Shown here: positions 29,786 through 44,927 of the stretch, piece after piece
Position numbering within the stretch: the stretch's first letter is position 1
How the letters are laid out: each line of letters begins with the position of its first letter
Origin: the human T2T-CHM13v2.0 reference genome, Homo sapiens
DNA length: 64,000 nucleotides
NCBI RefSeq assembly: GCF_009914755.1
Contig: NC_060947.1
Reading direction: 5' to 3' (one strand)
Notes under the pieces: model-generated
Told to the model about the DNA's origin: nothing
The model's input: only the letters and a program-made list of their open reading frames with translations
Database searches by the model: none
Made by a program: the position numbers and the translations under genes

Positions 29786-32700
29786 CACCTGTACTGCGGG
29801 ATTTGGTTTGCTAATATTTTGTTGAGGATTTTGCATTTATGATAATCAGGGATATTGGCCTGAAGTTTTCTTTCTTTGTCGGGTCTCTGTCAGATTTTGG
29901 TATTAGGCTGATGCTGGCTTCATAGAATGAGTTATGGAGGAGTCCCTTCTGTTTTATTTTTTTGTAATAGTTTGAGCAGTGTTGATACCAGTTCTTTATA
30001 TGTCCAGTAAAATTTGGCTGTCAATCCATCTGCTTAGGAATTTTTTCAGTTGGTTTTTTTTATTATTATTATTACTGATTCAATTTCAGAGCAAAATATT
30101 GGTCAGTTCAGTGTTTCAGTCCTCCTTGTTCAATTTTGGGAGATTGTATGTTTCCAGGAATTTGTTAATTTCCTCTAGTTTTTCTAATTTTTGTGCATAG
30201 AGTTGTTGATAGTATTCTTTGTGGATCTTTTGTATTTCTGTGTGATCAATTGTAATGTCATCTTTGTCATTTTTGATTGTAATTATATGGATTTTTTTCT
30301 TAGTGGTCTACCAATCTTGTTTTTTTTTTTTCAAAGAACAAGATTTTCATATCCTTGATCTTTTTATAAATTTTTGCATCTCAATTTCGTTAAGTTCTCT
30401 AATTTTAGTTATTTCTTTTCTTCTGCTAGTTTTGGCAGGTTTTCTTCACCCCGCTAGTTCGTTTTGGTACAAAGATTGTTAGTTTCAGCTCTTTCTAACT
30501 TTTTGATGAGGGCATTTGGGGCTATAAACTTCCCTCTTAATACTGCTTTAGTTGCATCCTAGAGATATTGCTAAGTTGTGTCCCTATTTTCATTAATTTC
30601 AAAAAATGTTTTATTTCTGCCTTAATATTGATGTTCACCCAGGAGTTATTCAGAAACAAGTTATTTAATTTCCATGTATTTGCATAGTTTTTAGAGATCT
30701 TGATATTGATTTCTATTTTTATTGCTCTGTTGTCTGAGAGTATGCTTGGTATGATTTTAATTTTTTTGAATTTATTGAATCTTGTATTATGACCAAGTAT
30801 GTGGTCAATCTTAGAATATGTTCCATGCACAGATACGAAAAATGTATATTCTGTGGTTGGTTGTTGGAGTGTTCTGTAGATGTCTATTGGCTCCAATTGG
30901 TCAAGTGTCAATTGTAAATCCAGAGTTTCTTAGTTTTCTGCCTTGATAATGTGTCTAACACTGTCAGTGGGGCGTTAAAGTCTCCCACTGTCATTGTGTG
31001 ACGTTTAAATCTCTTTGTAGATCTCTACGAACTTGTTTTCTGAATCTCATTGCTGTGACATTGGGTGCTTACATATTTAGAATAATTAAGTCTTCCTGTG
31101 GAATTTTACTCTTTATCATTATTTAATGTCTTTCATTGCCCTTAATTTTTATTGGTTTAAGGTCTGTTTTATTTGATATAAATATAGTGGTGACTCCTAC
31201 GCTGATTTGTTTTCCATTTGCATGGTAGATCTTAATCCCTTTACTTTGAGCCTTTGGGTATTGTTACATGTGAGATTGGTCTCTTGAAGATAACAGATGG
31301 TTGGTCTTGCTTTTTATCTAGCTTGGCACTCTATGTCTTTTAAGAGTGGTATTTAGGCTATTTACATTGAAAGTTAATATTGTTGTGTGTAACTTTGAAC
31401 CTCTCATCATGTTGTTAGCTGGTTGTTATGCAGATTTTATTGTGTAGCAGCTTTATAGTGCCTATGGGCTATGTAGCTGTGTGTTTTTATGGTAGCAGGT
31501 ATCATTTTTTTGGTTCTATGTTTAGCACTCCCTTAAGGGCCTCTTGTAATGCTGGTCTAGTAGAAACACATTTCTTCAGCATTTGTTTTCTGAGGATTTT
31601 ATTTCTCCTTCACTTATGCAGCTTAGTTTGGCAGAATATGAAATTCTTGGTTGGAATTTCTTTTCTTTAAGGATGCTGAAAAAAAGGCCGCACTCTCTTC
31701 TGGCTTGCAACGTTTTTGCTGAGAGTTCTGCTGCCAGCCTGATGGGGTCTCCTCTGTGTGTGACTTGACCCTTCTCTCTAGCTGCCTTCAAGATTTTTTC
31801 TTTTGCTTTGACCATGCTGAATATGATGAATATATGCCTTGAGGATAGTGATTTTTTTATAGTATCTAGCCAGGGTTCTCTATTTCTTGGATTTGTGTCA
31901 ACCTTCCTAGCAAGATTAGGGAAATTTTCATGGACTATATCCTCAAATATATTTTTCAAGTTGTTTATTCTCTTTTTTCTCTCTCAAGAAGGCCAATAAG
32001 TAGCAGATTTGTTCTCTTTTCATAATCTCGTATTTATCAGAGATTTTGTTCATTTTTTAAATTCCTTTTTCTTTATTTTTATCTGACTGAGCTGATTCAA
32101 ATAAGTGGAACTCAAGCTCTGATATTGCTTCCCCAGCTTGACCTCTTCTGCTGTTCCTAATTCTGATAGTATTCTGAAATTCTTGTAGTGACTTTTTCCT
32201 TTCCAGAAGTTCAGTTTAGTTCTTTCTTAAAATGGTTATTTTGTCTTTCAGGTCTTAGATAATTTTACTGGATTCCTTGGTTTCCCTGTATTGTGTTACC
32301 ACTTTCTTCTGAATCTTGATGAGCTCCCTTGCCATCCAGATTCTGTATTCTATTTCTGTTATTTCAGTCATTTCAGACTGGTTATGAACCATTGCCAGAG
32401 AGCTAGTGGACTCGTTTGAAGGTAAGGGGACACTCTGGCTCTTTTAATTGCCAGATTTCTTGTGCTGATTTTTTGTCATCTGGGACAGTTGGTGTTAAAG
32501 CTATGCTGTAAGTTGAGTATAGTCAGTTGGCTTCATTCCTGGATACTTTCAGAGGGCCAAGGTGCTGTACAGGATCTTTATTTGTGGATGAATTCTTGTG
32601 CTTGGTTTTACAGGTATACATATTAGTGGGATAATTTTTGGTGCTGTTTGGGCTGTGATCCAGTAGACGGTGCTTAAGAGTAATGGCCAGTAGCCAGGCT

Positions 32701-34021
32701 AATACCCAGCCATATGGCTCTTTTGTACTTCCTCATGTTAACAGGTATTTTCTGCAGTAGGGGCAGGGAGAAAGATGTTTCCCTCACCAGATCCATTCAA
32801 GGGACTTGGGGGACCCTCCTCCAATCACTGGCGCTGTGCTTGCATTTCTTTTGTTAGATGTTCCAGGCCATGGGGCCCCCTTGGGCACAGACTGTGGCAG
32901 GGAGATGTCCCACACCCTTTCTGGACCAGCCCTGTGGAGGGAAGAATGCTTTGCTCCCTCTCCAGCCTGGGAACCTGCACATCTTGCCCCTCTCAGTGCT
33001 CTCAGGATAAGGGCTCCTCCTCTGCTTGAGTGCTGGCCACAGACTGCAGCTCTGCACTCCTGAACTGCATGCTGCACCCCCTAGGGGCACCAGGAAATCC
33101 CATGGCTTGGGGTTGGGTTCCAGCTGCATTGGAGGATTCCGTGTACTCCTGGTTCTCTGATAATGTACTCAGGTGTAGCAGTGTACTCGTGCTGGGCCAT
33201 GGAGGCTACACTGTGCATCTGTTTTCTGGGGTAGCTAGACATGGGCCAAAGGATGGGCTGGTGGACAGGAGGGCTTGCAGAACAGATCCTGTCTAGTACA
33301 ACAGGGAAGCCGGCCCCACTTTCTCCTGGCTCAGGTAAACTTGGGCAGTGCCTCCTGAAAAGGGATGGGGAACCTAGGGGATGAGCGTCTCTGATGACTG
33401 TCTGTTGGTGCTGCCCAGCAAGCAAAAGCTCCTGGGCTCTGTGCCATCTGAGGGACTGTCGCTGCCTGCTCCCTAAGGAGATCTCCCTACCAGCTCACAC
33501 ATCCATGGATGACATGAGGTATCCTGCAGCTAGGATCTCAGAGTTCCATGGCAAGAGGGAACCATCCCCCAGTTCCCTCTTCATCCCTTTCCCAGAAGCC
33601 ATTTGGGGCCAGGAACTAGATCTAGTGTTTGGGAATGCGTGGAGGATTACCAGTTTCCTCTCTCTTCAACCTCAGCTTCAACATCACCTCTCTATACATT
33701 CTCAGCCTTTTATTTCCAAAAAACTGTCCAAATTATGGTGGTTTACAAGATGATTCAGTCTCACTTGGTGCAAGCAGCACTTTCTGGCTGCATCTAGTTG
33801 GCCATCGTGCCCTTTTATACGCAGGCATACCTCAGAAATATTGTGGGTTTGGTTCCAGACCATTGCAATGAAACAAATATCAAAATAAAGCTAGTCACTT
33901 TTTTAAATTTTGCTTTCCCAGGGTGTATAAAAGTTACTTTTACACTATACCATAGTCTATTAAATGTGCAATAGCATTATGTCTAAGAAAACAATGTATA
34001 TACTTTAATTTAAAAACACCT

Positions 34022-34335
34022 GGCCTGGCACTGTGCCTCAAGCCTGTAATCTTAGCACTTTAGGAGGACAAGGCAGAATTGTTTGAGCCCAGAAATTCGA
34101 GATCAGCCTGGCAACATGACGAAATGCTGTCTCTATAAAAAAATACAAAAACTTAGCTGGGTGTGGTGGCACATGTCTGTGGTCCCAGCTACTCAGGAGA
34201 TTGAGGTGGGAAGATCACCTGAGCCCAGCAGTTCAAAGCTTCAGTGAGTCACTATTGCACCACTGCGCTCTAGCCTGGGTGACAGAGTGAGACTCTGTCT
34301 CCAAAAATTAAAACAACAACAACAACAACAAAAAC
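34022..34335 (+). mobile_element. AluJ inside Tigger1
   Basis: Dimeric Alu, (CAA)n tail, AAAACAC on both flanks. Confidence 0.92.
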
Positions 34336-35955
34336 ACACTTTATTTCACTAACAACTGTCCAACCCTTCAGTGAGTCATAATTTTTTTGCTGTGGAAGAT
34401 CTTGCCTCTATGTTGATGGCTGCTATCTGATCTCATTTGTGATTGCTGAAAGTTGGGGTGGCTCTGGCAATTTCTTAAAATAAGAGAACAATAAAGTTAG
34501 TCGCATCAATTGATTCTTCTTTTCATGAAACATTTATCTGTGGCATGTGATGCTTTTTGATAGCATTTTACTCACAGTACCACTTCTTTCAAAATTGGAG
34601 TCAATTCTATTCAACTCTGACACTACATGATCAGTTTATGTAACTTTCTAAACCCTTTGCTGTCATGTCAACAATGTTCATAGCATCTTTACTAGGAGTA
34701 AATTTCATCTCAACAAACCACTTTCTTTGATCATCCATAATAAGCAACTACTGATCTGTTCAAGTTTTATGATGAGATTGCAGCATTTTAGTCACATATT
34801 CAGGCACCACTTCTAATTCTAGGATGCTTTCTGTTTCTGCCATAACTTCAGTTACTTCCTCCACTTAAGTCTTAAACCTCTCAAAGTCATGCATGAGGTT
34901 TGGAATCAACTTCTGTTTGATTTGATGGTTTGACCTCCTCTCATGAATCACAAGTGTGCTTAATGAAATCTATAATGATGAATTCTTTCCAGAAGGTTTT
35001 CAGTATTTTTTGCCCAAATCCACCAAAGAATTGTTATCTACATAAACTATGGTCTTATAAAATATTTTTATTAAACTATAGTACTTGAAAGTCAAAATTA
35101 CTCCTTGATCTATGGACTGCAGAATGGATGTGGTATTAGCAGGCATGAAAACAACATTAATCTCCCTGTACACCTCCTTCAGAGCTCTGGGGTGTCTAGA
35201 TGAATTGTCAATGAGCAGCCATACTTTGAAAGAAATGTCTTTTTTCTAAGCAGTAGGTCTCAACAGTGGATTTAAAATATTCAGTAAACTATACTGTAAA
35301 CAAATATGTTGTCATCCAGGCTTTGTTCTTCCATTTATAGAGCATATGCAGAGTATATTTGGCATATTTTTTAAGAGCCTTGGAATTTTTAAATGGTAAA
35401 TAAGCATTGGCTTCAACTTAAAGTGGTCAGCTGCATTAGGCCCTAACAAGAGAGTCAGCCTGTCCTTTGAAGCTTAGAAGCCGATATTGACTTCTTTCTA
35501 ACAGTAAAACTCTAGATGGCATCTTCTTTTAATATATAAGGCTGTTTGGTCTACGTTGAATATTCATTATTTAATATAGCCACCCTCATCAAGTAACTAG
35601 ATCTTCTGATTAACTTTCTGCAGCACTTACTGCTTCACCTTGCACTTTTAGGTTATGGAGATGGCTTCTTTCTTTAAACCTCATGAACCAACCTCTATTA
35701 GCTTCCACTCTTTTTTTTCTGCAGCTTCCTCACTTCTTTCAGCCTTCATAGAATTGAAGTGAGATAAAGCTTTGCCCTGAATTGGGCTGTGTCTGAAGGG
35801 AATGATGTGGCTGGTTTGATCCTCTGTCCAGATTACTGAAACTTTGTCTATACCAGCAATAAGCCTATTTCACTTTATTATCTTTTGGATGTTCACAGGA
35901 GTAGCACTTTTAATGTCCTTCAATAACTTTTTCTTTGCCTTCAAAAGCTGGCTAA

Positions 35956-36279
<324 letters not shown>

Positions 36280-37269
36280 TTACCACTCTGAGCTTTCAAC
36301 ATGCTTTCTTCACTAAGCTTAATCATTTCTAACTTTTGATTTAAAGTGAGAGATATGTGACTCTTCTTTTTACTTGAATACTTAGAGTCCATTATAGAGT
36401 TATTCACTGGTATAATGTCAAAATTGTTGTCTCTCAGGGAATAGGGAGGCCTGAAAAGAGGGAGGGAGAAGGGGAAATGGCCAGTCAGTGGGGTAGTCAA
36501 CAAAACACATACCCCATTTATATATTAAGTTTGCTATTTTACATGGGTATGGTTTGTGGCATCCCAAAATAATTACAATAGTAATATCAAAAATCATTGA
36601 TTACGGATCACCACAACAGATATAAGAATAAAGAAAAAGTTTGAAATAATGTGAGAATTACAAATATGTGATGTAGACACAAAGTGAACATGTGCTGTTA
36701 AAAAAAAAAAAAGGCACCAATAGACTTGCTTTATGCAAGGCAAAACTTCAATTTGTAAAAAAACATGGTATCTATGAAGCACAATTAAGCGAAGCACAGT
36801 AAAATGAGATGGTATTTATTTTCTATTTATTTTGCAAAACAATTCTGCCTGTTCTTAAATCATATAATATGTCCATCTCTAGAACCAAGTGGGGCTTGTG
36901 GCAATTTTGGAGCAGCTTCCCAAAATAATCACATTTGAAGAGAAACTATATATTTGGAATTTTGCATAGGTTCTTTTGATATAATTAAACAATGAAAGTT
37001 CAAAATTGAACTTTAATTATGTTAAGAAAATAAAATTTAGTTTCAGTGTTGCATGGCTTGCTCCTCAGTCCCCAAAAGCAAAGAATATAAGGCAGTCATT
37101 TCTGCCATCCTATCTAATGAATAACTTGGCGTATAGCTTCTTGATAACATAGCTACCATTTTAATCTGGTTGGAAAGTTTGATGATAATTAAAAGTTTTA
37201 GCTGAAACTCCTGCCTTGAATGAAAACCACCAGGCATTTTTATCCGTATTCCTATTTTGATAATCAAAT

Positions 37270-37400
37270 CTTTGATGGTGAGCAGGTAGATATATTATTT
37301 GCATTTACCAAAAAACAAAACAAAACAGCACAAAGGCTTAAAAGTTTAGATGGCTTGCCTAAAGTTGCATAGGTAGTTAGTAAGTGACAATACCAAACTA
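37270..37400 (-). mobile_element. MIR fragment
   Basis: GGCTTGCCTAAAGTTGCATAGGTAGTTAGTAAGTGACA. Confidence 0.45.
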
Positions 37401-38885
37401 ATATGCCTTGTTATCTTGTGGCAATTACACTAAATTACACTCCACTCTATGTCTAAAAATTAGAAAGCAGAGATATAAACATCCATATCATTTATTTTAA
37501 AGTACCATTAATTGTTGTTTATTTATACGGTTTAATGATTTGGCTTCCCAGAATGCTGGGCTTTCTTAGCTTCCATCAGAGCACAAAGAAATCATGAACC
37601 ACATCATGCTCTGTTAACTTCAGGCCTAGTTGTTAGCACTAATAACATAAGATAATAATTGCAAATAAGTGTCATTTTTGTTTGTACTTTTATTGCATAT
37701 CACTTCAGCCTTTATTTCCTACCATGCTCTATGTGAATTCTTCCAAAAGAAATTTTGTGTAATACATATTTAAAAATGCATCAAGGAAACACATTTTAAA
37801 AAGCAATGGCATTTCAGGAAATGACTAGAATTGTGCAAGTTACACTCATTATGGGCATGGCTTAATTTTTCATGCATCTGTCCAACTGCTGTTTCATTTT
37901 TTTTGATGTTCCAATTGTACCAATCTGGACATATTTGAATAAATGTTCTAACTGTATTCTATTTGTTTAAATAAGGGGAAAAATTAGCATCTCTACCTGC
38001 CTGATATTTCCTGTCTTTCTTCTTTATCTAGTTCAAACAAAGAAGATAAAAATTATAACTGTTTGAAAAAACAATGGAGACATTAACTGTGACATTTAAG
38101 GTAAAATAAACATCAATATTTAAAAGAAGAAAATAGTTCATACTATTTTGCACACCATTATTTCTGAATGTTTTAAACTTGAAAATTTAGGTAGCAAAGG
38201 TGGGCTTTATAAATAGTAAAAGAAGCAGTAATGATACAGTTATTTTTATATAATATGACAGATTATTCAGAGATTTTTATGTTAATGCCCTTTATGTGGG
38301 TTGAAAATCATTGAATATCGTTGTTTTATTCAATTCAGGCTAAATTAGCACCATCTTCTTTAGGAGACCATGTCATAGCATGGCAGAAATTCACATTTAA
38401 AAACTCAGGGACACTTCCCAAGGAAAAATTCTCGTCTTTTTTCTTTTGGGCAGGTATAGCTTTAGGCAAACCTGTGAAATCTGTAAAGCTCATATTTAGA
38501 GCTTGTTGTATCACCTTTTCTTATTTTTCTGGAATCCAAGGTGTTTGATCTGTCCTAGAAGAATTCTTTCATTATTTTTTTCTGTCTGAGGCCCTATATT
38601 ACATGGGAAGAGACAATTTTCAACCCAATAATTCTTCTTATCATCTAGGCTTGGGGTTTTGATTTAATATGGCTGAACTTTCATTTCCCAATTCACATTC
38701 TTGGTTAGAAAGCAATCTTTCTTACCACTTCCTCAAGTCTTTTGTTTATTTGTTTGTTTATTTATTCATTTATTAGTGTCTCCTTTACAGATAGGACTGG
38801 ATTTTGAGGCTTCCAGCTTTATAACAATCTACCTCACCTGAGTGGGGACCCAAAATTGATGTATCTCCCTAAGCCATAAAATTCT

Positions 38886-39196
38886 GGCTTGGCGCAGTGG
38901 CCAAAGTCTATAATTCCAGCACTTTGGGAGACCAAGGCAGGAGAATCGCTTCAGCCCGGGAGTTTGAGACCAACCTGGGGAATATCGTGAAACCCCATCT
39001 CTACAAAAACATACAAAAAGTTAGCTGAGCATGGTGATGTGTGCCTATAGTCCCAGCTATTCAGGAGACTGAGCTAGGAGGATCGCTTGAGCGCAGGCAG
39101 AGTTTGCAGTGAACCATGATCACAGCACTCCACTACAGCTTGGGTGACAGAGTGATACCCTGTCTAAAACAAAAAAAAAAAAAGAAAGAAAAAAAA
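38886..39196 (+). mobile_element. AluJ
   Basis: Dimeric Alu with GGATCGCTTGAGC; A-rich tail. Confidence 0.93.
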
Positions 39197-39294
39197 TCCT
39201 AGCTGACTGTTCTATTGTCTGTAGGTAGGTTTTATAGAGTGAAGGGCTAACATTCCTTTGGTTTTAGCTTACCATTCTCACTTTGTTATTAATA

Positions 39295-39468
39295 CTTCTT
39301 CATTCCTATTACCTTCTCCGTTCCTGCTTTCCTTTCCCCTTCTTTCCTCTTTCATTTTCTCTTTTCTTTCCCTTCTCCACTCCCTCTCCCCTTTCTTCTT
39401 CCTTTCCCCCTTTCTTCTTCTTTCCCCTATCCCTTCTTTTATTTTTCAATTTCTCCTTCCTTTCTTTT
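39295..39468. repeat. CT-rich low-complexity (polypyrimidine) tract
   Basis: Almost entirely C/T; it explains the F/S/L/P-rich ORFs here. Confidence 0.9.
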
Positions 39469-39737
39469 AAATCTGCTATACATATTTTTTTAAATGATCA
39501 TATTTCATCCAGCATTTCTGTGTGCTTCTAGTGGTTGTGTGTGTGTGTGTTTTTTGGGTGGTGGTAATTGTGGGTCATCATTAACTTCTTCTGGTATATA
39601 ATTGAAAGTCTATTTGACTCCAAGTCAAATTTCATGTTTGTGTACCTAATTGACTCAGGGCTCTGCATTCTATGAACATGTTAACTAACTTATATTTTCC
39701 CCATTTTAGAAAAGGGAAAATGACGTTTTAATCAGAT

Positions 39738-39810
39738 TAAACATGTTTACCTATGTAACAAAGAGGCGCTTGTACCCCTGAACCTAAAATAAAAGTAAAA
39801 AACAATAAAG
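39738..39810 (+). mobile_element. Tiny L1PA 3' terminal fragment
   Basis: GTTTACCTATGTAACAAA...GTACCCCTGAACCTAAAATAAAAGT plus an A-tail; AAGGGAAAA on both sides. Confidence 0.75.
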
Positions 39811-40019
39811 AAGGGAAAAAAATAACCTCATTTCCAAATTGAAAGCAAGGAATGACAAATGTTGGAAATTTCTTAGAGTGATGTAAGATGATGGAGAAGA
39901 AATTTGGGGGCAGGTGTATTTTTAATACCCTCTATATCTCAAATACTCTAGTTAAATGTGGGGCTAATGTGTTGGCCTAAAGGAATACGTTTATGACTGA
40001 AATATCTGAAAAGTTAAAA

Positions 40020-40200
40020 TATTTTATTGAGCCCTTAACATGTATTAAGAACTCTTAACAACAACCCTATAAAATAAATTACCCCCATGTTAAAGTTGAG
40101 GAAATGGAGGTAATGAAGTATAATGTGCCAACAGTCACACAGGTAATAAATGGCTAAGCCAAGATCCAAACCTAGGCAATATAGCTCTGTTGTATTAATC
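40020..40200 (-). mobile_element. MIR fragment
   Basis: ACAACCCTAT...GAGGAAATGGAGG...GTCACACAGGTAATAAATGGC...CCAAACCTAGGCA. Confidence 0.65.
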
Positions 40201-40899
40201 AATATATTGAAATGACACTAAAGGCAAGAAAGATAAGTCAATAGAACAATTGATTCTATCATTTTCTTATATATAGATCTGATGAAGCCTCTGTATTTTG
40301 TCAAAGGTCAAAAGTTTTATATGCTTAACAACAATAGCAATAAAAAGTAGATTGATAGTCATCATTTTCATAGCAGCTTGCCCTACCAGGGAAGAAAAAG
40401 GTGCTTTCTTCTAAGGAAAACATTATCAGGTAAGGACCTTAATTCAATAAATTGCTTGTTAATTCACAGACACCTGTCTTAGCAGCTGGCTAGAATACTG
40501 CTAGAACACTGAGACTGGATGATCCAGTATCTACATCTACCTTTGTGCATTTTTCTTTTACAGCATGGAAAGAAATGTTCAATTGCTTAGTTGTGTGAAG
40601 ACATGAAGCCCCATCTTGATACTTTCTTTCCCTAATGAAACATTTCTTTTTTCAACAAAATTATTTTTTGGCTTAAAGAAGTAATTCCTATTTCTAGCTA
40701 GGCAGTCCCTATATGCCTTCATAAAGAAAGCATTGTTTGGCAACATACACCAATAAATAATACTAGACTTGAAAAATTAGTTGTCTTGCTATTACTTTTT
40801 TTGTGTTTTCTTAAAAGTAATCTCACATATTTTTGGATGTTTACTTGGGAATACTGTGACACAAAGCCAGATTAGGGCAGTGGCAGTATCATTTGACTG

Positions 40900-41070
40900 T
40901 GTATAAAACATGTGTGGAATTTATTTTAAAATTTATTTCATAAACATACATCCAGGGATTCTGATTTGGTACTTCATACTAAGGGTGAGGTCCAGGAATC
41001 TACACTTAACAAATTTCCTGAAAATTTGGGTATAGGCAGTCTTTGGACCTTGCTTTTTGAAACTAAGTTA
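40900..41070. mobile_element. MER5A-like (hAT) fragment
   Basis: GATTCTGATTTGGTA...CCAGGAATCTACACTTAACAA...CTTTTTGAAACT. Confidence 0.55.
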
Positions 41071-41324
41071 AGGAGTAGTTCACATACATTTTGAGCATCT
41101 GATAAAATGATTTGTGCCTATCTAATGAGATTCACTATCTTTATTTCTGTGTTACGCCTAGATTTCCTTTTTTCTCTAGAGCTTCATTCATTTAAGATGG
41201 AATTCCCTAATCCTCATTCTGTTTTTCAATCCAGTGGGAAATTGCTTTGTTTTCTTTTTCTGAAGTCCACCTTCAATTTACTGGTCCCTTTATTATTCCA
41301 TAACCTTTCATGTCCCCTGTTATC

Positions 41325-41560
41325 TTCTTAGTGGGCTAAGGGTACAGACTCTGGAGCTTGTCTTAGTTGGAATTTGGACTGTAGAAGCTGGCTGTGCAAC
41401 CATAAACAATTGGCTTAACCTCTCCTTGCTTACATTTAGTCATTTCTAAAATGGGGATGATAATAGTACTTAACACATACTTTTCTTTGGAGATTAAATG
41501 ATATAATACACTTTAATTAGGGTGCCAGGGCATGGTAAGTGCTCGATAAATACTACTTAT
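41325..41560 (+). mobile_element. MIR
   Basis: AGACTCTGGAGC...CTTAACCTCTC...TAAAATGGGGATGATAATAGTAC...GAGATTAAATGA...TAAGTGCTCGATAAAT. Confidence 0.8.
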
Positions 41561-41749
41561 CATCTGATATCTAGCAACATCATGATCATCATCGTCATGA
41601 TCATCACCATTATATGATTTCCTACCAGGTTTGCTTCTTAGCTCTTCATTCTGGAGAGAGAATCTCATCTCTCTCTCCTAAACCCAAATAAATGAATCTG
41701 ATGGCTAAATGGTACAATACTAAAACTCATTACACTACTGTTCCATTAA

Positions 41750-42900
<1,151 letters not shown>

Positions 42901-43069
42901 AAAAGCCTGGCTTGTTATAATACATATAGCACAGTCTTTCAGTTAAACACTGTGAGGGCTGGTTTTAGATCTCTTTTGTTGAGTATATCATTCCTTCAAG
43001 TATGCATTCATTCATTCATTTTTAAAATATTTTGAAGTAGTTACTGAAAGCAAAATGCTAAGTAAACTC

Positions 43070-43361
43070 TTTTTTTTGGAGACAGGGTCTTGCTGTCTCA
43101 CCCAGACTGGAGTATAGTGGTACAGTCACAGCTCACTGCAGCCTCAAACTCCTGGGTTCATGGTATTCTCCTACCTCTGCCTTCTGAGATGCTGGGATAC
43201 AAGCACACGCCACCACACTTGCCTACTCTTTTTTTAAATATTTTATTTTTTGTAGATAGGGGATATCTTGCTGTATTGACCAGGCTGGTCTCAAACTCCT
43301 GCCCTCAAGCAGTTCTCCCACCTTGGCCTCCCAAAGTGTTGGGATTACAGGCATGAGCCTC
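43070..43361 (-). mobile_element. AluJ
   Basis: GAGACAGGGTCTTGCTG...CACAGCTCACTGCAGCCTC. TSD AGTAAACTCTTTT at 43061 and 43362. Confidence 0.93.
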
Positions 43362-43791
43362 AGTAAACTCTTTTATACTTACCTGCACTTTGTAGTTGTT
43401 TTGCGAACTTTAAATGGCTAAATGAAAATTAACCTGTTTCACCCTTTGCCTCAGCTGCCAAGACCTTGAGGCCAAATATGTTAATCATTTGGAATTTCCT
43501 GCATATCTCAGAGTCCTAATAGTATACATTAGTATCTAGGCATTGGCTTCCTATACAGCAAATTGGTGAGCAATAATTTCCACATGAGGGTAAGTTAAGG
43601 AATTTAAACATGTTTATTTGCATTTTTTCATTCAAAATAAAGATAGCTTCATTGGGCCCTACATAAAAATGCATATTCTTACAACTTAGATTACATACTT
43701 TATATGTTTTCTAATTGACAATGAGAATTAGGCACTATTTTATTGTTACTAAAATATTAATATATAGGCACAGTTGAGAATACATAATATG

Positions 43792-44384
43792 TGTAAAAGA
43801 AAATAAAATTTCAGGACCCTCTGAATTTATAATGCTAAGGGAGAAGTTAAGCCCTAGTGATAGAATCATATATCACTTTTGCAATTCTGCTTCTTAAGTG
43901 ATAGATAACCCTCTTCCTCATTGTTTTTGTTCCATAAATGACTAGGAGAGACCAAAGACCAGACCTTCCCACTTTCCAATGGAAAGTGATTCAAACATTA
44001 ACATTAACAAGCTATAATGTTTGTTATAGATTAACTGTCTCCTTTTTGGTCCTGTACTTGACTCAGACTAGATGATACCCAAGACCCAATAACTGTTACA
44101 TCTTTGGTGTAAAATGTTCAATATGTCTCTCTGAAAGAAAAAGACCACCTTGACTAATCAGATTATTGAAACTATGTGTTATGCCTTACATAGAAATATG
44201 TTGAAATTCTGTTAAACTTCCCTAAACTTTGTTTATATAAGCAATCCCAAACTTTTGCTCTTTGAAACACTGATTTCCATTTTTTTGGAATCTGTACTTC
44301 TTAGGTAGATCATCCTCAAACTTTGTGCTTGCATAAACTCTCTTTAAACTAGATTCTGACCATTTCGATTATTTTAGGTTGACA
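43792..44384 (+). mobile_element. 5' LTR of an ERV1 MER4-group provirus
   Basis: TGTAAAAGAAAATAAAATTTCAGG...TTATTTTAGGTTGACA, with TG..CA ends. A homologous copy lies at 52526-53072. Confidence 0.88.
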
Positions 44385-44387
44385 TTT

Positions 44388-44405
44388 TGGTAACTCAGAA
44401 GGAAC
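44388..44405 (+). promoter_or_regulatory. Primer binding site, tRNA-Arg-like, degenerate
   Basis: TGGTAACTCAGAAGGAAC lies 3 nt after the LTR end and resembles the TGG(C/T)AACCACGAAGGGA Arg PBS. Confidence 0.6.
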
Positions 44406-44927
44406 CTGAAGCAAGTCTCCAAGATTCCTACCATTTTGCAGACAACTGGTGCCTTGATACCAGCGCATATGGCTTTTGTTCACCCAACCTCACCAGAGCT
44501 GGCAGGGGTCTCTGTCAAGACTCTTCTTGGGTTTCAAATCTCCCTAATTTTGGCTTGGAATTTGGGCCTTATTCAAGTGACCTGAATCACACTCCCCAGA
44601 GCTGGAATTGAAGCTTTGCTTTTAAGGAAGGAGAATTATTTGTTATTCTCTATAGAGTCTGCTGCCTGCAGATTTGTGATTTTCATTTTCCTCTGAGGTT
44701 AAGATTTTGTTTATCTTACTTATTAAAGTTTGCAATCTATTTCTCTCAGTAGAAGTTCAGTCAAGAAGAAAATGGTTTCTCTTTGAAAAGAAAAAGTGAA
44801 ATTTTTGTAGCTTAAGCAACATATATGTAATCTTTAAAACTGACCAGATTCTGAGGCTTGATTAAATTGACAATTTGAAACTTTCTTGAATGATCAAAAT
44901 TCTTCACACTAGGTAATAATCTAAATT

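Larger units (their letters stand above)
27099..33812 (-). mobile_element. Near full-length LINE-1, L1PA16-like, containing two Alus
   Basis: 3'UTR at 27100-27600. Endonuclease remnant 30537..30911 (HGTYSKIDHILG). ORF1 remnant 31576..31959 (KEKILKAAREKGQVT). GC-rich 5'UTR to GCCATCGTG at about 33809. Confidence 0.9.

Noticed and set aside
32775-33871. Dense overlapping ORFs in a GC-rich region
   Set aside because: This is the L1PA16 5'UTR; high GC lowers stop frequency. The same applies to 4880-5878, 12907-14169 and 62480-63055.
39258-39531. Hydrophobic ORFs resembling membrane proteins
   Set aside because: Translation of a CT-rich low-complexity tract.
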